Part shown: one piece after another, positions 53,126 through 61,650 of the stretch
Numbering within the stretch: the first letter of the stretch is position 1
Layout: each line of letters opens with the position of its first letter
Notes under the pieces: generated by a model
Told to the model about the DNA's origin: nothing
The model's input: only the letters and a program-made list of their open reading frames with translations
The model's database searches: none
Source: a virus
Virus record (IMG/VR): IMGVR_UViG_3300033066_000905
Location: 662 to 64,661 of that record
Direction: 5' to 3' (one strand)
DNA length: 64,000 nucleotides
Translations under genes and position numbers: made by a program

Positions 53126-54106
53126 CTATTCAAAGCGATTAACGACGTGAGAAAACGCTTTTTGGGTCTGACGAAGCCAGTCAAACTCGTGGTGAAGCGC
53201 ATTTGCTTGATTAAATGCTTCCGAAGCGTAAAAATCATAGTTTTCGTAAACCGAAACCATCAAATGCTCAAGTGACTGCTGTTCTGGCTCCAACATTAGC
53301 CCAGGATGCATTCCTTTCCAAGGCGACGGGACCAAACGGTCAGAAATCTTTAAACCAAGGTCGTATTTTGCGTACGGTGCCCAATCACTGTTAAAAATTA
53401 CCGGCATTCCTGTCGCCAACCCTTGAATTGGAATAAACCCAAAACCTTCGCCGTACGACGGGTACAAAAGAACGTCGTGACTGTGGTACAAAGAGACCAT
53501 CTCTTCCTCCGACACGTCACGATTGATTACTTTTACGTTTGGAAAGTCGTCTGGGGTCAGGAGTATACCAGGAATACCGGGGTCGTATCTAATTCCTGTG
53601 TGCCCGTTGGCTTTGATTGTCAAAGACACGTCTTCGTTGTCCTTGAACAAATTGAGGAACGCATTGAACGCCATTTGCCCGCACTTTCGTGGTGCAGGCT
53701 CACCAACGTGCAAAAATCGCAACTTTTTCCCGCGTTTTCTTAGTCGCGGAGTCCAGTTGTGTGTGATACCATGAGGGTACACGGTTGTGACTTCAAGCCC
53801 CAGCCGTTCGTACCATAATTTGTTAAGTTCCGACGTGGCCCAAATCTCGTCGGCGGTCTTCATCTTGTCTATCCAGCCAGGATGTACTTCGGTTGATTCC
53901 CACGGGGTCAGCCCAATGGAGTACTGATTGGAGTCCCACTCATAGTCGGTGGGTTGGGTAAACATAAACTGGACCGGTGACGTTCGGTCGTCAAGATGCA
54001 CCTGATGACCCAACCTGACTAAACTTTCAACCATCCCTTGACCTGCGTATCCGTAGCCAGTGGAGGTGTCAAGACCACCCAAATGGGTCTTGTAGGAGAT
54101 GAGCAT
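53126..54106 (-). CDS. Glycosyltransferase, GT4 (GT-B)
   Basis: TGYG, TPWEST, RK, YPSYGEGFGFIPIQGLATGMPVI; leaderless ATG at 54106. Confidence 0.88.
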   Translation of the reverse strand: MLISYKTHLGGLDTSTGYGYAGQGMVESLVRLGHQVHLDDRTSPVQFMFTQPTDYEWDSNQYSIGLTPWESTEVHPGWIDKMKTADEIWATSELNKLWYERLGLEVTTVYPHGITHNWTPRLRKRGKKLRFLHVGEPAPRKCGQMAFNAFLNLFKDNEDVSLTIKANGHTGIRYDPGIPGILLTPDDFPNVKVINRDVSEEEMVSLYHSHDVLLYPSYGEGFGFIPIQGLATGMPVIFNSDWAPYAKYDLGLKISDRLVPSPWKGMHPGLMLEPEQQSLEHLMVSVYENYDFYASEAFNQANALHHEFDWLRQTQKAFSHVVNRFE

Positions 54107-54127
54107 GAAGCCATTATAACATTTTAG

Positions 54128-54156
54128 TTGACACGGGGCCACAAGTAATGTACAAT
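54128..54156 (+). promoter_or_regulatory. Near-consensus sigma70/SigA promoter
   Basis: TTGACA (54128-54133), 17 bp, TACAAT (54151-54156) with TG just upstream of the -10. Confidence 0.8.
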
Positions 54157-54162
54157 TATGTT

Positions 54163-54381
54163 AAGAGGTCGTAATCGGGCAGTCAGCGACTAAAAATAAT
54201 TTAACTGCGTGGTGGTAAACCGGGAAGTGATCACATTCCCTAAGCATCGAAAGATGTGAGCGACCCCTAGGATTATGAAAACAGAATAGATAAAGTCATC
54301 CACCTTAAAAAGAAATTGAGTAGTTTGAAGTCATAGCCAGTGTTTCCGCCACCACGGATGCTGGCTATGGCCTCTGATTAC
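54163..54381 (+). ncRNA. Structured non-coding RNA candidate of unknown family
   Basis: ORF-free segment behind a strong promoter; 5'/3' ends complementary; CGTGGTGG/CCACCACG pairing; GAAA-tetraloop hairpin; long 3' hairpin. Confidence 0.6.
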
Positions 54382-54474
54382 TTAATTAAAATACAAAGTC
54401 TTGCGGCCAAGGGCCGCTGCGAAGCACACTAAAAATAACCAGGCCGTACACTGACCATGTGATATACTGTAAAA

Positions 54475-54717
54475 ATGAACAAACAAAAACCACTGTTGGG
54501 CCTTGGCCCCAAAGACTCTGGTATTTCTGAGACATGTTACTACTGTAGAAAACCAATCACGGACGAACAACAGTCCGTACTAAGGCTACAGAGGCGGCGA
54601 AAGAAAAAGAACAGCGGATACGTCATGTACCACAAAAAGTGCGTCACAAGAAAGAACGCCGCACACAAAAGAGCAATACCACGAAAGGTGTCCAATTTTA
54701 ATACGGTGACAAAATGA
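54475..54717 (+). CDS. Small basic zinc-binding protein
   Basis: CYYC...HKKC; TGATATACT-6nt-ATG. Confidence 0.6.
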   Translation: MNKQKPLLGLGPKDSGISETCYYCRKPITDEQQSVLRLQRRRKKKNSGYVMYHKKCVTRKNAAHKRAIPRKVSNFNTVTK

Positions 54718-54977
54718 GTCAAGAAGAACTGATCGAAGACCTCAAGGTCGTGCAAAAATATGTTTCGTACGTTAGCACCATAGGACAACCCTGGCGAGAG
54801 TACATGTGTTCGTCGTGTGACTCCGAACTGCCGCTACAGCCGGGATGGTCGGAACAAAATGAAATCTTCCTTTGGTGCCTTGGCTACGGTTGCCCTTTTA
54901 AGAGAATACTAGGATACACAACCATTAGTGAAATGAGGACTTTCCTTGAAGATGAGAAAGTCATCCCCCGTTCATAG
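54714..54977 (+). CDS. Zinc-ribbon hypothetical protein
   Basis: CSSC...CLGYGC; ATGA overlap. Confidence 0.65.
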   Translation: MSQEELIEDLKVVQKYVSYVSTIGQPWREYMCSSCDSELPLQPGWSEQNEIFLWCLGYGCPFKRILGYTTISEMRTFLEDEKVIPRS

Positions 54978-55764
54978 AATTTTTAATAGATTTGAACGCC
55001 GGTACAGAGTAGAATTGAAGTACGTTCCCTATGAGAAGAAAGAGGTAGAAGTGGCTCCAATCCCAGAAGATTACGTTTCCATCCTTGACAAGGGTTACGT
55101 CGGACTCGTTAACTGTTTTGGTAACGAACTAGACATTGTTAATGCCGCCAGAGTGTCTTACGATAAGAAATCCGAAGAATTTGACAACAAAGACAAAAAA
55201 CTACTGGACTTTCTCCTTACCGAGGGTCACACTTCCCCTTTGAGACACGTGAGTTTGTCTTTTGAGTGTTACGTTCCCTTGATGGTTGCACGGCAACACT
55301 GGAAGTACGCGGTGGCCAGTACATTTGTGGACGATCAGAACGGCTGGAACGAGTCCAGTCGTCGCTACATTACCGAAGAACCCACATTTTATGTGCCGAC
55401 ACAGTGGCGCTCCGCGCCCGAAAACAGCAAACAGGGTTCCGGACCCGTTCTTGATGAACTGTCGTGCGGATTCTTTACCGAATCTTTACAAAACTACATT
55501 GACATGGGCGAACAGTTGTACAATTTGGCCATGGGACAAAACATTGCTCCCGAACAGGCCCGCCTTTTCTTGCCAGCGTACGGGATGTATGTCCGTTACT
55601 ACTGGACCATCAGTCTGGCAGGGTTTCTTAACTTCCTTGATCAACGTCTTGGTCACGACGCCCAGGCAGAAATTCAAGAATTGGCCCAGGCCGCAAATTC
55701 GCTTGTTGCACCAGAATTCCCTAACGTTTTTGGATGGAGGCACGAAAATGAAAGCGTACATTGA
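54952..55764 (+). CDS. thyX: Flavin-dependent thymidylate synthase
   Basis: IVNAARVSY, GHTSP, VARQ, NESSRRY, EQARLFLP, HDAQAEIQ. Start uncertain (ATG 54952 or GTG 55051). Confidence 0.9.
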   Translation: MRKSSPVHRIFNRFERRYRVELKYVPYEKKEVEVAPIPEDYVSILDKGYVGLVNCFGNELDIVNAARVSYDKKSEEFDNKDKKLLDFLLTEGHTSPLRHVSLSFECYVPLMVARQHWKYAVASTFVDDQNGWNESSRRYITEEPTFYVPTQWRSAPENSKQGSGPVLDELSCGFFTESLQNYIDMGEQLYNLAMGQNIAPEQARLFLPAYGMYVRYYWTISLAGFLNFLDQRLGHDAQAEIQELAQAANSLVAPEFPNVFGWRHENESVH

Positions 55765-55903
55765 AGACGACAACGTTTTGATTGACCGGCCAGAATACAT
55801 GACTGTGTGGACGTGGGAATGGAATCCTAGTTTTGGTTGGTTTGACACACACGCAAAAGACATTTACGTAGGAGAGGGATTAAAATGGAAGAAGCAAGAC
55901 TAG
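55748..55903 (+). CDS. Small Trp-rich hypothetical protein
   Basis: MKAYIEDDNVLIDRPEYMTVWTWEWNPSFGWF...; SD GGAGG. Confidence 0.55.
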   Translation: MKAYIEDDNVLIDRPEYMTVWTWEWNPSFGWFDTHAKDIYVGEGLKWKKQD

Positions 55904-56103
55904 AAGCACTGGAACAGGCATTGGCCGGTGTGTTTATACAACTGGCAAGGATTTACGACGCCCTCATTGTTAGCATTCCCAACGAAGAGAAGCGGGATCA
56001 ACTGCTAGAAATTCACGACAAAGGCGGTTTGCTGACCGGCGTGCCGTGGATGAATAAAGAAACGTACGAAGAGTTTTCTGGTGAGTCAGAAGACGAACAG
56101 TGA
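55885..56103 (+). CDS. Hypothetical protein
   Basis: 72 aa; SD GGAGAGG; IQLARIYD motif. Confidence 0.65.
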   Translation: MEEARLEALEQALAGVFIQLARIYDALIVSIPNEEKRDQLLEIHDKGGLLTGVPWMNKETYEEFSGESEDEQ

Positions 56104-56132
56104 TATAATATTTTAACGACGAAAGGGCAAGC

Positions 56133-56828
56133 GTGCAAAAACGGTTTACCGACGAAGATTTGGTGATCCTGGTCCCCATGTTGGGACGAGCCGAAACAAT
56201 TGAACGTTTGATGGTTTCCATAAACAACACCGTTCCAAAAGCCAGGACGCTTTTTATTGTTTCTAGTGGAGATCATGAAGTAATTAAAACTTTGAAAGAG
56301 CAAGATTTGGAGTACATTGTTACGTTTCAGGCAAGGGTTGGGGATTACGCCAAAAAGATTAATCTTGGATACAATTTGACGAAAGAGCCACTAATTTTTA
56401 CCGGCGCCTCCGACATTTTCTTTCGCATGGGTTGGTTTGAAGCGGCGGTAGCAAAATTTAATGATCCAAATGTGCATGTTGTTGGGACAAACGATCTTGC
56501 TAACCCTAGAGTCATTCAAGGGCTGCACTCAACACACACCCTTGTCACTCGCGAGTACGTTAAAAAGAATGGTTTGGTTGACGGAGAACCAGACAAAATT
56601 TTGTACGAGGGCTACGTTCACGAATTTGTTGACGACGAAATGGTCGCGACCGCAAAATTGCGCGGCGCGTGGGCATTTTGTAAAGAGGCTATTGTAGAAC
56701 ACTTTCATCCTTCGGCAGGAAAAGCCAAATGGGACGATTCTTACAAACTGGCCCAGGAACGAATGGACACCTCCTTGCCATTATTTTCTGTACGCAGCGC
56801 TTTGTGGGGTGGGCAAAGAGATGACTGA
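56133..56828 (+). CDS. Glycosyltransferase, GT2-like (GT-A)
   Basis: ILVPMLGR, KINLGY, FTGASD, VDDE, VEHFH; TGATATAAT promoter at 56101. Confidence 0.8.
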   Translation: MQKRFTDEDLVILVPMLGRAETIERLMVSINNTVPKARTLFIVSSGDHEVIKTLKEQDLEYIVTFQARVGDYAKKINLGYNLTKEPLIFTGASDIFFRMGWFEAAVAKFNDPNVHVVGTNDLANPRVIQGLHSTHTLVTREYVKKNGLVDGEPDKILYEGYVHEFVDDEMVATAKLRGAWAFCKEAIVEHFHPSAGKAKWDDSYKLAQERMDTSLPLFSVRSALWGGQRDD

Positions 56829-57393
56829 CGCTGTTATTATTATTGGAATATACGGTGACAAAAAGCGCTGGCTTGACATTGCTTCAAAGCGCGCAATTCC
56901 GTCAGCAATGGAACAGGGCGTTCCGGTAATTATTTCGTACGACCACACTCTCGCACGCGCGCGTAACGCGGCAGGGTTTGCGACAAGTGCGGAATGGCTA
57001 ATTTTTCTTGACGCTGACGACCAGTTGGCTTCCGGATACGTGGACGCTTTAATGGAGGCCGAAGGAGACCTTCGTGCGCCAGCGGTACAGTTTATCAAAC
57101 ACGGTATTCCACAAAAGGCTGAACTGCTCAATGATCGTGACATTGAGGCAATAAACCCTTGTGTCATTGGTACCGCAATCCGGCAGAAAATGTTTGCCGA
57201 AATTGGCGGATTTCAAGAATTTTCTGCGTGGGAGGACTACGCATTGTTTTTGAAGGCTTATCGCCGTGGAGCAAAGATAACACACAATGAAAAAGCGGTG
57301 TACATTGTTCACGCTTCCAACAATTCAAGGAATAACAGGGTTTCTGATCCCGGCCTTTTTAGTTCAATTCATTCGGCGTCTTGGGGGGCGTGA
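56821..57393 (+). CDS. Glycosyltransferase, GT2
   Basis: ARARNAA, LIFLDADD, IGGF, WEDY. Confidence 0.88.
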   Translation: MTDAVIIIGIYGDKKRWLDIASKRAIPSAMEQGVPVIISYDHTLARARNAAGFATSAEWLIFLDADDQLASGYVDALMEAEGDLRAPAVQFIKHGIPQKAELLNDRDIEAINPCVIGTAIRQKMFAEIGGFQEFSAWEDYALFLKAYRRGAKITHNEKAVYIVHASNNSRNNRVSDPGLFSSIHSASWGA

Positions 57394-58061
57394 TGATTAC
57401 TTTAATAATAATGACGGACGGCAGAGGAGAGTATCTGTCAGAATCAATCAATTCACTGGACAACTTGCGGGGAGACTTTACACAACTGGTCATTCACGAC
57501 GATTCTGGCGACCAGGCTTTTACCGATTGGTTGCGCCGTACGTACGGAGACCAATTCACAATTTGTTCGACTCCCGGCCGTTCTGGTTTTGCGGGAGCGT
57601 ACAACTCCGCATGGTCTTGGCTGCGTAAAAACTGTGAAAATGACTGGATTTTCTTTACGGAAGACGACTTTGTGTACACTCGTCCGGTAAAACTTGATAA
57701 AATGATTACAGTAATGGAAAACAATCCAAAACTTGTACAGTTGGCTTTGAGACGCCAGCCCTGGAACGATGTGGAGGCGTGGTTTGGCGGAATTGTCGAG
57801 TCTCGTGCCAACACGTACACCGACAAGACGGACGGCACAAATCATTGGCTTGAACACCGCAATTTTTTTACAACGAACCCTTCACTCATTCGCACACAAT
57901 TAATTCATGATCGTGATTGGATTGATGAGCCGGAATCAGAAGGAAAATTCGGCTGGAGGCTGTACTCTGAAACCGACAGTGTGGCCGGATTTTGGGGGTC
58001 ACGAGAATCAGGGGAATGGTGCTTTCACATTGGTAAAAACAGAATAGGAACAGGATACTAA
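57393..58061 (+). CDS. Glycosyltransferase, GT2-like
   Basis: IHDDS, FFTEDDF, FTTNPSL, HIG. Confidence 0.8.
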   Translation: MITLIIMTDGRGEYLSESINSLDNLRGDFTQLVIHDDSGDQAFTDWLRRTYGDQFTICSTPGRSGFAGAYNSAWSWLRKNCENDWIFFTEDDFVYTRPVKLDKMITVMENNPKLVQLALRRQPWNDVEAWFGGIVESRANTYTDKTDGTNHWLEHRNFFTTNPSLIRTQLIHDRDWIDEPESEGKFGWRLYSETDSVAGFWGSRESGEWCFHIGKNRIGTGY

Positions 58062-58834
58062 TGACGGTAGTTTTTGGAATTGCAATGGTTCGCAACGAAC
58101 AGGACATTATTGGTCCGGTGTTGGAGCACATGTTGACACAGGTGGATCACATTATTATTGCCGACAACATGTCGTCCGACATGACCCGAGAAATTATTGA
58201 AAAGTATCCGGTGACACTGGTTGATGACACCAACCCGGCACACGAACAATCAAAAAAGACCACAGCGCTCGCCTTGCGGGCCGGACACGAAGGAGCGGAC
58301 TGGGTTGTTCCTTTTGACGCCGATGAAATATGGTACAGTCCACATTATCCGACAATTAAAGAATGCTTGACGCACCTTGACGGCACACACGTTGCCCCGG
58401 CAGCAATATACAACCATTGGTCAACGTCCCTTGATCCGCAACTGTACAATCCGGTCAAGCGCATGGGGTATCGTGAACAGGAACCGGCAAAATTGCACAA
58501 GGTGGCGTGTCGCACCGCCACGAACCTTGTCATTCATGAAGGCAATCACAACGCACAATACGGTGAACACGGAATGGACCGTGAAATGGGACAACTTGTT
58601 ATTAGACACTTTCCGTACCGTAGCGTTGAGCAATTTATCAACAAGGTCAGGCAGGGTTCGGCCGCTCTCAAACGTACGGATTTGCCGGAAGGAGTCGGAA
58701 TTCACTGGCGCCACCACGGAGCATTGCTGGAAGCGCGTGGTCCGGAAGCAATTCATGAAATTTACTACGAGCACTATTGGCACGAGAATCCGCTGCGCGA
58801 CGGGCTGATATTCGACCCCGCGCCTGTGGCATGA
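58061..58834 (+). CDS. Glycosyltransferase, GT2-like
   Basis: MVRNEQDII, DNMSSD, WVVPFDADE, GNH, HFPYRS. Confidence 0.85.
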   Translation: MTVVFGIAMVRNEQDIIGPVLEHMLTQVDHIIIADNMSSDMTREIIEKYPVTLVDDTNPAHEQSKKTTALALRAGHEGADWVVPFDADEIWYSPHYPTIKECLTHLDGTHVAPAAIYNHWSTSLDPQLYNPVKRMGYREQEPAKLHKVACRTATNLVIHEGNHNAQYGEHGMDREMGQLVIRHFPYRSVEQFINKVRQGSAALKRTDLPEGVGIHWRHHGALLEARGPEAIHEIYYEHYWHENPLRDGLIFDPAPVA

Positions 58835-59544
58835 AGTACACAATAGTGTCCGTCACGGACAAACGGGAACAATCAAAAAGCGCGATTCGCGCACAATTGT
58901 CCGAGCACGAAGAAATCAAAGAAATCGAATTTTTTGGTCCCGGCCACGATTTGTTGGCGGAAGCCGAACGTCGCGGGCTGACGTTCGATTCTTGGACGCC
59001 CCGAATTGGCGAACTGGGAGTGTGGCTCAGTCAACACAATTGTTGGCAATGGTGTGCGGACAACGACGAGCCGTTGCTCGTCGTGGAAGACGACGCCATC
59101 ATTTCGGACGGATTTGACGAATGGTACACAACAATTACCGAAAACATGACCACTCCGGACGCCATGGCGCTGTTCGTTCCGCACGATCAATTTAACGATT
59201 TTGAGTACGACACCGTGGGATGGACACTTTCCGGAGTGTGGCGGGGAGGCTCGCCCAATCACACCATCAACCACGAATTTTTGGCCAGAGCGTACCAGGG
59301 GTACAGTTGTGTGGCGATACTGTACTGGCCGTCCGGAGCGCGCAAACTTTTGGCGGCGGTACAGCAACAAGGAATCACCACCCCCGTAGACTGTTGGCTG
59401 TTTGAACAAGGATTTCCCGACCATCGCCGCACACCAAATTCTGAAAGAGTACACATTTGGGCGCCAAAACCACGATTCGCGACCGGCGTTTTTGTGGACT
59501 GGTTCGCCCCCACAAACATACACAACACGGGGCCGGTGTGCTAA
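58831..59544 (+). CDS. Glycosyltransferase, GT25-like
   Basis: GELGVWLSQ...W, LLVVEDDA, GARKLL, PVD motifs. Confidence 0.8.
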   Translation: MKYTIVSVTDKREQSKSAIRAQLSEHEEIKEIEFFGPGHDLLAEAERRGLTFDSWTPRIGELGVWLSQHNCWQWCADNDEPLLVVEDDAIISDGFDEWYTTITENMTTPDAMALFVPHDQFNDFEYDTVGWTLSGVWRGGSPNHTINHEFLARAYQGYSCVAILYWPSGARKLLAAVQQQGITTPVDCWLFEQGFPDHRRTPNSERVHIWAPKPRFATGVFVDWFAPTNIHNTGPVC

Positions 59545-59801
59545 AAGACAGAGAATGGCACCGCTGGCTGCTGGACAAAATGAAAATGGCGCGGGGCTGC
59601 GAAAAATGCGGGTACAACGAACACCCTGCGGCTTTAGAATGGGACCACACGGACCCAACAAACAAATACACAACGGCCGGTGGAAAGAAAGAACACGTTT
59701 CCGACATGGTAGGAAGATACAGTCTCAACACCATACTTGACGAACTCAAAAAATGCAGAGTGTTGTGTGCCAATTGTCATGCGGTTGTTACTCACGGGTA
59801 A
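59538..59801 (+). CDS. Small HNH endonuclease
   Basis: CEKCG...LEWDH...KCRVLCANCH. Confidence 0.85.
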   Translation: MLKDREWHRWLLDKMKMARGCEKCGYNEHPAALEWDHTDPTNKYTTAGGKKEHVSDMVGRYSLNTILDELKKCRVLCANCHAVVTHG

Positions 59802-60474
59802 GATATTTTTGTGCGCTGGCCAGCAGACGTGAAGAATCTTTAAAATAACCAATGCCGGTGTTACACCGAACGCACAGTAAACCGCGCACGCAATCACCGC
59901 AAGAGTACATCCCTGGGCAACAGCCGTGGTCGTGGTCAATGACCAAATTTTCAGCACTTTGACAGATTAAACACCGACCGTCTTGAAGCACCCACAATTC
60001 GTTGTAGTCTAAAATATTGATGCCGTGGCGCAGGCACTTTACGTTCTCTGCCTGCCATTTGCGACACCGCTCACAATACTTTCTTGAGTCGTTGATCGGC
60101 TCCTGACACTCAAAACACTTGCGCCGCCGATTACGTTTTAACGATTTTCTGTACTGCACAAATTGTTTGCGTTGCCACGATTCGTACTCCTGTCGATTTT
60201 TACAGGTGACACACTTGTTTCCACCGGGAACAAACTCGGATTTTGGCCGGTGTTCTTTGCACGAAAAACATGTGCGTTCATTGTTTAATTCCGCCCTACG
60301 TTTTCTTGAACGCTCTCTGTGACGTTCCAATAACACCGGATTCTTTTTGTGTAGTTCTCGACGCGCCTTGTTACGACAATCACGACACTGGGACTCCCTT
60401 TGCTTAGAATTTTTGCGCAACGGGGTGAATTGCTCCGAAGGTTTGCGCTTAAAACAACGCCTGCACATTTTCAT
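59788..60474 (-). CDS. Endonuclease VII-like protein with N-terminal CxxC repeats
   Basis: QDGRCLIC, IDHDH, VRGLLCVRCNTGIG; three N-terminal CxxC pairs. Confidence 0.88.
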   Translation of the reverse strand: MKMCRRCFKRKPSEQFTPLRKNSKQRESQCRDCRNKARRELHKKNPVLLERHRERSRKRRAELNNERTCFSCKEHRPKSEFVPGGNKCVTCKNRQEYESWQRKQFVQYRKSLKRNRRRKCFECQEPINDSRKYCERCRKWQAENVKCLRHGINILDYNELWVLQDGRCLICQSAENLVIDHDHGCCPGMYSCGDCVRGLLCVRCNTGIGYFKDSSRLLASAQKYLTRE

Positions 60475-60680
60475 AAATCAATAATAAAATAATGCACATA
60501 AAAAAGCAAGCGTGTGCCCATACAATGTCCAAAAAAATTGAGCCGCCGTTTATGTGTATGATGCGTAAAAAAAAATAAAAAAAATATGAAAATAGTGCGC
60601 CCATCCCTTCCATTCCAGCCCAAGGTGCGCTAAAATAAAAGTGTAAGGGGGAGGGGAGAGGCCCCTCCGGAGAGGCAAAA

Positions 60681-60818
60681 ATGTTTTTCATGGTTCTCCC
60701 CACTGGCGGGGTTTTCGCCTATGACACCGCGATGGACGCTATCGCCGCTAGCGTCACCTACGGGATGGTCCCGCAGGACGAAATGACAGCGCGGGCACTC
60801 GCGCCGTTCTTCAACTGA
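60681..60818 (+). CDS. 45-aa early hypothetical protein
   Basis: MFFMVLPTGGVFAYDTAMDAIAASVTYGMVPQDEMTARALAPFFN; SD GGAGAGG; promoter TTCCAT-17-TAAAAT (60608-60636). Confidence 0.55.
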   Translation: MFFMVLPTGGVFAYDTAMDAIAASVTYGMVPQDEMTARALAPFFN

Positions 60819-60832
60819 GAGGGTGAGTTGAA

Positions 60833-60937
60833 ATGACAACCATCGTCCTTTTCCTCACGGTCCTGTTCGTGATCTACCGCGTGGCGTACTGGAAGGAACG
60901 CCATATGGGGGCGAGAGACCCCCGACGCACCCCCTAG
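60833..60937 (+). CDS. 34-aa membrane peptide, paralog A
   Basis: MTTIVLFLTVLFVIYRVAYWKERHMGARDPRRTP; paralog at 61651. Confidence 0.7.
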   Translation: MTTIVLFLTVLFVIYRVAYWKERHMGARDPRRTP

Positions 60938-61070
60938 GGGGTGCGTTCCCTTGCACCAAATCGAATGAAACATGCCGCAGCGGCGTCGCCGCGCGGCCGA
61001 TTACACTCTGTTACGAAAGGACTATAAATTCTCTGGACTTTTTCTTTTTACATAACATACCTTATTCAAT

Positions 61071-61182
61071 AATACATACTATATGCATACACATACATAC
61101 ATGTGTGTACATATGCTATGTGTATCAATACATTGTGTGTATATATGCATGTACTATGTATGCATATGCATAGCATGTACAC
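61071..61182. repeat. Alternating purine-pyrimidine low-complexity tract
   Basis: Mostly CA/TG/TA dinucleotides, with many ATGCAT, CATATG, TGTACA and ACATGT palindromes. Confidence 0.8.
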
Positions 61183-61326
61183 GACCACTCACAGTAACGG
61201 TAAAGGAATGGTAAATACCAAGAAATCTTTACCATATAATTGTTGCGTTGGGCTTCCATTCTGTCGGTGTCGTGTGCAATAATGGAAGCATAAGGAAGAG
61301 GGAAAGCCCCTCAAAGAGAGGAAGTC

Positions 61327-61545
61327 ATGCCGAGCACCTACGGAACGTGCAGCGTTTGCCATAGCGTCAATGTTCAAGTCTGGAACACGCTTTGCGGATC
61401 GTGCGCCGTAATCCTTTCCAAGGCTTTGACAGCGGCGCAATGCGCCCCACAATTCGGACACGACGCTTCCGAGTCGTTCCCAACATGGGAAATTGTGGAA
61501 GCGGCCGATAGGGTCGCGGACCTCTTGACAGGAAGGAAGGTGTAG
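61327..61545 (+). CDS. Early zinc-binding hypothetical protein
   Basis: CSVC...CGSC; SD GAGAGGA; upstream promoter-like TTCCAT...AATAAT. Confidence 0.65.
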   Translation: MPSTYGTCSVCHSVNVQVWNTLCGSCAVILSKALTAAQCAPQFGHDASESFPTWEIVEAADRVADLLTGRKV

Positions 61546-61650
61546 CATACAAACATCATACTTTCGTATGATACAAGTACAACCGAATAGGGGATGTGCT
61601 CAAGGGTAGGACATGAGACTATATAAGTAGAGAGAGAGGAAGTGAGAACG

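Noticed and set aside
453-53774. Numerous plus-strand ORFs of 60-230 aa in the track
   Set aside because: They are antisense shadows of long, motif-bearing minus-strand genes and have no SDs or recognisable motifs.
54163-54381. tmRNA, T-box, cobalamin riboswitch or group I intron identity for the structured RNA
   Set aside because: CCACCA has no preceding T-arm, and there is no GGGG 5' end or tag ORF. The RNA is on the opposite strand from nrdJ and lacks a B12 box. The R/S-like words (TCAGCGACTA, AGATAAAGTC) lack upstream P3-P6 and there is no interrupted gene.
55286-55747. 205-aa ORF overlapping thyX
   Set aside because: It is an alternative frame of thyX; only the last 51 codons (from ATG 55748 with an SD) look like a real gene.
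54952-55764. ThyX lacking the canonical RHR motif as a sign of a modified-base pathway
   Set aside because: The other ThyX motifs are intact, I recall this variant from other actinophages, and no accompanying base-modification genes are visible.
58873-59673. 266-aa minus-strand ORF
   Set aside because: It is antisense to the GT25-like and HNH genes and has no recognisable motifs.
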